Shown piece by piece: positions 57,330 to 64,000 of a stretch of 64,000 nt of DNA; position 1 is the stretch's first letter; each line of letters begins with the position of its first letter. The stretch spans positions 1 through 64,000 of IMG/VR virus record IMGVR_UViG_3300033067_001302; one strand, given 5' to 3'. Under the pieces are notes generated by a model. It saw only the letters and a list, made by a program, of their open reading frames with translations, was not told the origin of the DNA and made no database searches. Origin of the DNA: a virus (lineage: Duplodnaviria > Caudoviricetes). A program made the position numbers and the translations under genes.

Positions 57330-58589
57330 CTAAAAACACTTTATAGCATGAGTCGGAGGCATGGGGAGGAAGGAAAGTTGCTTCATCAGGTTCTCGGCCT
57401 TCTGAGCTTCCATCTCTTGGAGCTTGTCGTAGGACAGGGACTCAAGCTGACCCTTGAGTTCCTCGATGAGCTTGGTCTGGTCTTCTCTGGCTTCCTGAAC
57501 GAGCTCAGAGCCATCCAGTTCGAGGTCAGCATTTGGAATGGGGATACGCTTGACCTTACGACGGACACGACCCATGATCTCCAGAGCAAGAGCAAAAGTC
57601 ATTCTAGCAATCCAGTTCTTTGCCCACTGGTTGAGGGTTGCGTAGTTCACAAGACCGAATGGGATGTTGGCAGGATTGGAAGCTCCTGCTGCCACTCCAG
57701 AGAAACCAGAGGAACCTGCAAGCCCTGCTGTTCCGCTGAGTGAGCTGCTGACACCGAGGTCGATGAAGGCTCCATTCACCTGGGCTTGGAAGCCCACTCG
57801 AATCCAAACCTTATTGTTCACCCCTGGGATGATGGAGGTTGGAACGGGAAAGAAACGGATATTCCTGCCGGAAATCTTGTAGGTGTAATGGGATCTTCTC
57901 ACCTTGCTTGCCAGCTTGAGCTGACCAGCACGAAGAACATCCTCGTAGAGTGGAAGGATGTGGAAACGGGTATCCGTGTTGAAGGCTCCCATTGGGATAC
58001 CGACACCTGCTACGTTTCCAAAGTTCGTACCGAATGAGGAGTTGAAGAGATACTGGATTGGAGCGAAGTGGAACACCTCAAAGACACGCATCTTTCCACC
58101 AGAGCCGGAAAGCATGCCGTACAGAGCATTGCCAGCCTCATCCTTCAGGTCAGTGAAAAGGTCGTAATCCTGCTTCCCGGTTACCATGTCAATCGAACCG
58201 GAAAAGGAGTTCTGAGTCGAACCGAAGCCGATGATGTTGGCATAAGGCTCAGCCAACCTATCAAGGAACTCAAGGTTCGGAGCAACGTAGACGTTCGTGA
58301 GATTGATGGTATTCTGGTTGGTCGTGGAATCCCAAGAACCCGTTGGAGTCCCAAGAAGGCTGGCAAGGTTGCTCTTTGTCTGGTATTCGATAACCCAAGA
58401 GTTGAATCTCCAGGTCGCCTCCTCAAAGCAAGACCAAATTTCCTTCTTCGACAACTCAGTCGAAAGCGTGGTCTCCCCAGCCTTGCGCTTGACGTAAGTC
58501 ACCATGGAATCAGCATCCCTTTGGAACGCTGGGTCTGAGTCGAATAGCCCAAACGATGTTGGTCGAGGAGTGGTTACGAACGTTGCCAT
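57330..58589 (-). CDS. neck protein (gp13-like)
   Basis: VKRKAG...ELSKKEIWSCFEEA, W..RMTFALALEIMGRVRRK..RIPIP...LDGSEL. Confidence 0.8.
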   Translation of the reverse strand: MATFVTTPRPTSFGLFDSDPAFQRDADSMVTYVKRKAGETTLSTELSKKEIWSCFEEATWRFNSWVIEYQTKSNLASLLGTPTGSWDSTTNQNTINLTNVYVAPNLEFLDRLAEPYANIIGFGSTQNSFSGSIDMVTGKQDYDLFTDLKDEAGNALYGMLSGSGGKMRVFEVFHFAPIQYLFNSSFGTNFGNVAGVGIPMGAFNTDTRFHILPLYEDVLRAGQLKLASKVRRSHYTYKISGRNIRFFPVPTSIIPGVNNKVWIRVGFQAQVNGAFIDLGVSSSLSGTAGLAGSSGFSGVAAGASNPANIPFGLVNYATLNQWAKNWIARMTFALALEIMGRVRRKVKRIPIPNADLELDGSELVQEAREDQTKLIEELKGQLESLSYDKLQEMEAQKAENLMKQLSFLPMPPTHAIKCF

Positions 58590-58625
58590 GAGCCTACCCG
58601 TTAAGTAGGGCTGGCAAACGTCACA

Positions 58626-59000
58626 TTATTTGATAACGAGGCCCTTCATTCCCTGAATTTGGGTGCTCATCTTGTTCAAGAGGTCGGCCTTCTTCTTGAA
58701 GTTCGTTTCCTTCGCAGCAGCCTGGAGACCTTGGTTGATATTCATGTTGGTTCCCGGAACCATCACGTTGTTTGCCGGGTCGTCGTTCCCAGGTTTCGTT
58801 CCCACTCCCGACTTCGTACCGGTCGTTCCAGTCGTTCCAGAGGTGCCCATGGACGTAGTGGAAGTCCCAGTAGAAAGAGTGCCCTGGGTGACCTCCGAGA
58901 GCTTTGAAAGGTCCTTGAACATCTCCTCTTTCACAGCCTCACGGATGTACTCCATTACCAGCTTCTCGAACGCCTCCATGCTCATGAACTCTTTTGCCAT
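58626..59000 (-). CDS. hypothetical head-protein-like protein
   Basis: MSMEAFEKLVMEYIREAVKEE followed by a Thr/Gly-rich linker. Confidence 0.7.
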   Translation of the reverse strand: MAKEFMSMEAFEKLVMEYIREAVKEEMFKDLSKLSEVTQGTLSTGTSTTSMGTSGTTGTTGTKSGVGTKPGNDDPANNVMVPGTNMNINQGLQAAAKETNFKKKADLLNKMSTQIQGMKGLVIK

Positions 59001-59003
59001 GAT

Positions 59004-59612
59004 TCACTTTCCTTTGCGAAGAGCTGCAAGCTCCTCTTTGATCATCTCACGGACCATATCAACGAAGGCTTCCGTGCTCATGAACTTCTTCTTCTTCTCA
59101 GGAGTGCCCTTCTTGGAAGTTGGCTGCTCCTTGTAGTGAGGTTCATCTCCCTTGTTTGCCATGTAGTGCGCCAAGGCATATGGGTTGTCGATCTCTCCAC
59201 CCTTACCAGTGTGTCCGTGGGTCTTCATAGCCCTCACAGTGCCGTGCCATCCCTCTGGTGGTGCCTCGGAAAGCATGTCACTCTTGAGCTCCTCAAAGGC
59301 GGCATGGACCACTTCCCAGCTTACCCCGTCAGGTAGGTTGAAGTTCTGCTCCAACTCAGCGGAGACTTGGTTCATGACTTCCTTGTCAATCTTCCCAGCC
59401 TTCTTCAAGAGCTTTTTGGCTGCATCAACCAGAACCCTGGCTTCTGGAGTGTCCTTCATTTCAGGCGGCGATTCATCGGGAGCAAGCAAGGTATCAAACC
59501 AGCTTGGGTCCGTTGCTTGCGATACGCCTTCCCCATATTGGTCGTATCCAGCTTCCTTCATTGTCCTGGTGACGCTCTCCATCACCATCTTCTTCAGCTC
59601 TTTTACCTTCAT
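59004..59612 (-). CDS. hypothetical head-protein-like protein
   Basis: MKVKELKKMVMESV...LSE APPEGWHGTVRAMK...NPYALAHYM; CTAATTA upstream. Confidence 0.72.
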   Translation of the reverse strand: MKVKELKKMVMESVTRTMKEAGYDQYGEGVSQATDPSWFDTLLAPDESPPEMKDTPEARVLVDAAKKLLKKAGKIDKEVMNQVSAELEQNFNLPDGVSWEVVHAAFEELKSDMLSEAPPEGWHGTVRAMKTHGHTGKGGEIDNPYALAHYMANKGDEPHYKEQPTSKKGTPEKKKKFMSTEAFVDMVREMIKEELAALRKGK

Positions 59613-59670
59613 TTCATACGCCTTTCCGTGGTAATTAGGTTGTACCACGTTAGAAGGCGTTCAGAAGGGT

Positions 59671-60336
59671 TCAGAGGAGGTTCATATCGAGGACCTTGAT
59701 GGTGATGCCATCAAGACGAGTGAGGCAAGGAAGAGGCTCCTCAGCGAAGGCCGCGCCGACCTTCCAGTCATCCTCGAAGAGACTTGGGACAACATTTCCT
59801 TCGACCTTGACCTCAAGCTTTTTCTGGTCTGCAAACTTGGTGCGCGAAACCTTCTTGTCGGTCACGAGTACAAGCTTCGCCACCGATGCAGGAAGTTCGG
59901 AACTTACGTGAACGTAGAACTTCCCATTCAGCACACCAACAAGCTCACCAAAGGCACCCTTCATTGTCTCCTTTGGGCTGTTATTGTTTGCGTAGTACAC
60001 AGGACGATACGCAGCAGCGTGCTCAAGGATAGTTGCAAAGTCCGGGGAACACTCCAGAATTTGAGGCATTTGATTCGTACGCTGCCTCACCGTCACCGCT
60101 GCGTCGTCGATCACATCAACGAGGGTTTCGTACCACGAACGGACGGTCCCAGTAAACATTGGACCCGCACTCGCCACTCCCTTGTTAAGGGCAGAATCAG
60201 CTCCCGTCAGCTTGTTGACGAACTTGCCCGGGGCTCTGGGCCAGAAGCGCACATTCTTGTCCTCCACAACTGGGGTTGGAGGTGCGATTGGTGCGGTTGG
60301 AACAGTTCTGTATGGATTTGTCAGCTCTTCTGTCAT
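59671..60336 (-). CDS. truncated major capsid protein paralog 2
   Basis: WPRAPGKFVNKLTGA, FTGTVRSWYETL, SPDFATILEH, KVLDMNLL all align to the MCP C-terminal third. Confidence 0.85.
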   Translation of the reverse strand: MTEELTNPYRTVPTAPIAPPTPVVEDKNVRFWPRAPGKFVNKLTGADSALNKGVASAGPMFTGTVRSWYETLVDVIDDAAVTVRQRTNQMPQILECSPDFATILEHAAAYRPVYYANNNSPKETMKGAFGELVGVLNGKFYVHVSSELPASVAKLVLVTDKKVSRTKFADQKKLEVKVEGNVVPSLFEDDWKVGAAFAEEPLPCLTRLDGITIKVLDMNLL

Positions 60337-60365
60337 TGATTCCTCTATTCCAGAGGAATATGGCT

Positions 60366-61160
60366 CTAGAGCACAGGCATGTCCAAAACGATAATTTCGT
60401 AGTCTGCCAACAAAGCAGGTTGGTCCAAAGCCACGATGTCGAGCTCAGGCACTTCCTTGTGGATGTCCCCAAATTCTGCCTTGAACCTGGAAACCAACTT
60501 CACGTTGATCCTGTTCTCTGGATGCGTGCTGGTGCGCAAGAGAGTGAACCGATCAAACAGGTTGTTCGAAGCAACCCAGCTCGACGGGCTCACCTGCTCC
60601 CAAGCTTTGGCGTATCCCCTGCCGAACAAGTTATTGTCGGTAATGAATGGCGACGTTTCCACGATATTTGCCGTAAAGAGGTTCCTGCGGAACATATCGT
60701 TGGAAGCCTGAATAATGAGCTCTTGAAGTGTTCCAAACCAATCCTCCATGGTTCCCGTGAACTCCATGATTGGCTCCATCACCTCTTGTTCTTGACGAAC
60801 AACAACCTCTGTCTTTGGACTCACACCTGGGAGTGGCGTAACAGACAGCTCAGCCATCTTCACGACCTTCTTCAAGGCCACTGCACCCGTGTCCTTGTTA
60901 ACGTACCTACCAGGAGCCATGGACCAGTGATACGTTCTCCTGTCGGTAACCACCTTGCGGTGATCTTTCAGATCGGTGAACCCCCCAGCCTTGAAAGCTG
61001 CTTCCAGCTTCGCCACATTCGGGGCCGCTCTCCAGGCAGCAAGGGCTGCTTCAAGTGGTGGAACCACAAATTCCGAACTTGGCTTCTTGGCTGGCGGTCC
61101 TCCGCAACAAGCAGGGGTGCAATACTCTCTTCCGTCTGGTCCGCTAATTCTCTTTTCCAT
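60366..61160 (-). CDS. truncated major capsid protein paralog 1
   Basis: WSMAPGRYVNKDTGA, FTGTMEDWFGTL, ETSPF, IVLDMPVL. Start reassigned to MEKRIS (GAGG SD). Confidence 0.8.
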   Translation of the reverse strand: MEKRISGPDGREYCTPACCGGPPAKKPSSEFVVPPLEAALAAWRAAPNVAKLEAAFKAGGFTDLKDHRKVVTDRRTYHWSMAPGRYVNKDTGAVALKKVVKMAELSVTPLPGVSPKTEVVVRQEQEVMEPIMEFTGTMEDWFGTLQELIIQASNDMFRRNLFTANIVETSPFITDNNLFGRGYAKAWEQVSPSSWVASNNLFDRFTLLRTSTHPENRINVKLVSRFKAEFGDIHKEVPELDIVALDQPALLADYEIIVLDMPVL

Positions 61161-61203
61161 CTTTTCCTCACGGAAAGGCTGTAAGAGAGAGGCCAAAATG
61201 CAC

Positions 61204-61234
61204 AAAACCCCCGATGCAAAAAGCACCGAGGGTC
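61204..61234 (-). terminator. intrinsic terminator after the major capsid gene
   Basis: ACCCTCGGTGC-loop-GCATCGGGGGT followed by TTT. Confidence 0.8.
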
Positions 61235-61272
61235 TTGACGCTCCCTCTACCGGGAGCTAAGATCCCGAAGGA

Positions 61273-63186
61273 TCAGATGAGGTTCATATCGAGAACCGTA
61301 ACCGTGGCGTAGAAGTCAGCGCGAACCATCTTCTTGCCGTAGCGTGTCATCACACCCTTGCGAGGAGTGAAGTCTTCCTGTGCGTAGATCACAGGAGTGA
61401 GGATCAAAGGAACGTATGGAGCGTAGATGTAGCCGGACTCCAGGAAGGTGTTACCCTTCAATCCCAAGAGAATCTTGTTTGTTGGGAAGTATGGGTCCTT
61501 GTAGACCACGTACCTGTTGTTCAGCGTACCGATTGCCTCGGCACCGATCGTCATGCTCTCCTTGACTTGGCCGTCCGAGTCAACCTTGTATGCTGGCTTG
61601 TAGGCCACAAGGTGCTCGAAGATGGTTGCCACGTCTGGCGAGGTGATGATGAAGTTTCCGCTTCCACGGAGTGTCTTCCTGTGGATCGTGTTGGCTGCAT
61701 CCGTGATGGTCTCCATGAGCGTCTCGTACCACTCACGCACATTTCCGAAGAACTGTGGTCCTGGAGCGAGAACGTTGTTGTGAAGAGCCTCTGCACCCGT
61801 CTGCTTGTTGACGATACGTCCTGGAGCACGCGACCAGTACAGGTTTGCTGCGCTGGCTTGTGTGAGGAGATCGTTCAAGATTTCACGGTCGATGTCGAGC
61901 GTGATCATTTCGCTGAGGATGTTGGTCAGCTCCACTTCCACGTCGATGGAGTAGAAAGCTGTCAAGTCCTGTGCCATCTCTGGCGACCAACGAGCGCGGA
62001 GCTTACGGGTTGTAGCCGTAACCGACACGCCTTCGATCTTGATGTCAACTTCTGGAATCCTTGGCGAGGAGTCAATTGCGAAGTCCGTTTCGAACGATGG
62101 AACCGTAAGGGTCGTGCCCTCCGAACCAACCGAAAGTGCGTCGCTGATTGCTGCCGAACCAGAGATGTAAGCCGAAGCTGTACCAGCAGGCTGTGGAGCC
62201 GTTCCTGCGTTGGCGACCTTCAACACAAACATGACGTGGCTTCCGCCAAGTGGGTTTGGTGTGAAGAGACCCGTAGCTGCGTTCCAGTCTCCACGCTTGT
62301 TCAAGGCACGGAGGTTGAGGACGCCAAGACCACCCTGGAAGCTGTCGCCCCAAGCTGTGACCGAGTTGCCGACCGAGCCGAAGCCGGTGATTGCAATTTG
62401 GTCAAGCGAGTTGAGATCAAGTCCCGAAATCTTGCCTGTAAGCTCGGAGGCCGAGACGAACATGAAGCAGAAATCGAAGCTACCATCGGTGAGACCATTC
62501 TCAATGTCCGAACGGAAACCAGCGTAGCGGGCGTTGTAGCCTGTCCAGTCAGCCGACGAAGCGACAACTGCCGTGGTTCCTGTGGTCCAGGTCGAGCCCG
62601 AGAGCCAGTAACCAACCGAGTCAGTCGAGCCGGTGATGTTCAAAGCACCCTTGTGAACCTTGGAGAATCCTGTTCCCACGAGGTCGTACTGGCCACCAGC
62701 AGGAGTTGCACCCGAACGAATCGAGGCTCCAGTTGGAAGGCCGTACACCGAGGTTGCCCTCTTGTAGGTGTCAGCCGTTGCCGAGGTCGAGAGGCTCAGA
62801 CCTGCATCACCACCGACGTTCGAGCCGTAGGTGTAATCCAAGTAGAAGAGCAGTCCCGAAGGAAGGCTCATTGGCTGAACCGAAACCACTTCGTTGGCGA
62901 CGAGGCCAGCAAAGACCCTACGAACGATAGGGAAGGCAACGTTCGAGAAGCCTGCAATCTGACCCGAGGAAGTCAGAGCAGCGCCACCTGTCGAGATGGC
63001 GTTGGACTCCTGGATGAGCTGTGCAGTCTGGTTCTCAAGAAGGCGAGAGAGGCTCTCCTTCTGGACGCCGGAAAGACCCTCAAGAAGTCCTGTTGCAGAC
63101 CACTTGGACAGGAGCCTTGGAGCGTCGGCTCCAAGCGAACGGCGGTTCACGCCCTCTGCCAATTGCGAAAGTGAGAAAGTTTTCAT
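61273..63186 (-). CDS. major capsid protein (T4 gp23-like)
   Basis: KWSATGLLEG, VRRVF...VQPMSLP, TRKLRARWSPEMAQDL, EIDREI-like LDIDREIL, IYAPYVPL, FTPRKGVMTRYG. Confidence 0.96.
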   Translation of the reverse strand: MKTFSLSQLAEGVNRRSLGADAPRLLSKWSATGLLEGLSGVQKESLSRLLENQTAQLIQESNAISTGGAALTSSGQIAGFSNVAFPIVRRVFAGLVANEVVSVQPMSLPSGLLFYLDYTYGSNVGGDAGLSLSTSATADTYKRATSVYGLPTGASIRSGATPAGGQYDLVGTGFSKVHKGALNITGSTDSVGYWLSGSTWTTGTTAVVASSADWTGYNARYAGFRSDIENGLTDGSFDFCFMFVSASELTGKISGLDLNSLDQIAITGFGSVGNSVTAWGDSFQGGLGVLNLRALNKRGDWNAATGLFTPNPLGGSHVMFVLKVANAGTAPQPAGTASAYISGSAAISDALSVGSEGTTLTVPSFETDFAIDSSPRIPEVDIKIEGVSVTATTRKLRARWSPEMAQDLTAFYSIDVEVELTNILSEMITLDIDREILNDLLTQASAANLYWSRAPGRIVNKQTGAEALHNNVLAPGPQFFGNVREWYETLMETITDAANTIHRKTLRGSGNFIITSPDVATIFEHLVAYKPAYKVDSDGQVKESMTIGAEAIGTLNNRYVVYKDPYFPTNKILLGLKGNTFLESGYIYAPYVPLILTPVIYAQEDFTPRKGVMTRYGKKMVRADFYATVTVLDMNLI

Positions 63187-63220
63187 CGTTTACTCCGATA
63201 TTCCTTTTTGCTAAGTAGAG

Positions 63221-64000
63221 TTACTTGCGCTTGATTCCAGCAAGTTGCATCAAACGGTTCTTCTCTGCTTCCACCAGGGTTGCTCCCTCGTATGGGTTGG
63301 CAGATTCGTTGAGAGGAGCAGCAGCGGTTACACCTGCCTTCGAAGAGCTTCCTGCCTTCGAAGAAACCTTCTGCATTCCCTCAACCACAACCTTCACGCG
63401 GTTGTAGATTGCCTTGACTTCCTCAAGCGATGTCCCTCTGTCCAGGTGCTCCGCAATTTTCTGCTTCTGTTCCTTGGTCAGATTTCGGTTATTCACGAAA
63501 GGCTGGAAATGAACCAGCTTTGCGTTGAACAGCTTTTGATCGGCAAGACTCGAACGGAGAACCTTGTTCTCCTTCACAATCTTGGCCGTAACAGGACGCT
63601 TCTTGCTCTCAGCAAGTGGTCCCTTGTCCTCTGGCTCGTCATCGTCGCCATCGAGGTCCAAATCCACGTCGTCGCCTTCGTCAGCACCGGCATCAGCCGA
63701 TCCAACACCAAGCGAGCTTGGTTCATCCGAAGAAGGCATATCATCGACGACTTCAATCTCGTCGTCATCCCCAAGGCCCGAAAGCTCTGGAACGAGGTCA
63801 GCAAGATCAAAGTTGAAGTTGATCACGGTTCCCTCATCCTCCGACATAACTCCCATTCCAGGAGCGCCAGGAGTTGGGAGAGCGTCGCCACCTTCCATTG
63901 GCATTCCGCATTCCTTCAGTTGCTCCTGAAGTGCGGCAATCTGCTTCTTCAAAGCCTCGGCCTTGATCTTCTTGGTCTGCTCAGCAAGCGCCTTCGAAGA
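63221..64000 (-). CDS. prohead scaffold protein, 5' end outside the window
   Basis: Acidic linker, LFNAKL...LTKEQKQKIAEHLD, C-terminal RLMQLAGI; immediately upstream of the MCP gene. Confidence 0.8.
   Translation of the reverse strand, partial: SSKALAEQTKKIKAEALKKQIAALQEQLKECGMPMEGGDALPTPGAPGMGVMSEDEGTVINFNFDLADLVPELSGLGDDDEIEVVDDMPSSDEPSSLGVGSADAGADEGDDVDLDLDGDDDEPEDKGPLAESKKRPVTAKIVKENKVLRSSLADQKLFNAKLVHFQPFVNNRNLTKEQKQKIAEHLDRGTSLEEVKAIYNRVKVVVEGMQKVSSKAGSSSKAGVTAAAPLNESANPYEGATLVEAEKNRLMQLAGIKRK

Noticed and set aside
56263-57330. Gene-end duplication around the GIY-YIG between the neck genes
   Set aside because: No second copy of the gp13-like end or the gp14-like start was found; the odd C-terminal extension does not match either neighbour.
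1-64000. Stop-codon reassignment, tRNA genes, CRISPR arrays
   Set aside because: Conserved genes are full length under the standard code and end in TAA, TAG and TGA. I saw no tRNA cloverleaf or regularly spaced repeat-spacer array by eye.

Overview
This 64 kb window is a segment of a large T4-like myophage genome (about 52% GC by eye, standard genetic code, mostly minus-strand genes). The left half holds nucleotide metabolism and replication genes: DHFR, ThyA, class II RNR, dUTPase, a DnaB/gp41-like helicase, an RNase H-like 5'-3' exonuclease, RecA, a gp32-like SSB, a PolA-like gene and an intein-containing SNF2 helicase. The right half is morphogenesis: baseplate, tape measure, tube, two sheaths, neck, major capsid protein and scaffold. 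Main observations: (1) Three free-standing homing endonucleases each sit inside a host gene whose end is duplicated. A diverged or recoded copy rebuilds the working gene (methyltransferase 3' end, thyA 5' end, RNase H 5' end), and the displaced end survives as an unannotated remnant. (2) There are three partial paralogs of the major capsid protein. One is an unannotated 57-aa ORF matching the region that forms the EF-Tu-binding Gol peptide in T4 gp23. (3) A candidate +1/-2 programmed frameshift joins the baseplate-hub/tail chaperone gene to its downstream ORF. (4) A phased AACCCAA repeat array with a hairpin lies in the SSB leader. (5) A recurrent MTANTTA late-promoter-like motif often sits exactly 5 nt before a start codon. 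(6) Several enzymes (two kinase-like proteins, a SAM-lyase-like protein, a GNAT, a glycosylase-like protein) carry head-protein-like helices and LxE sites, suggesting virion-packaged cargo. Family assignments rest on motifs recognised by eye; no database search was run.
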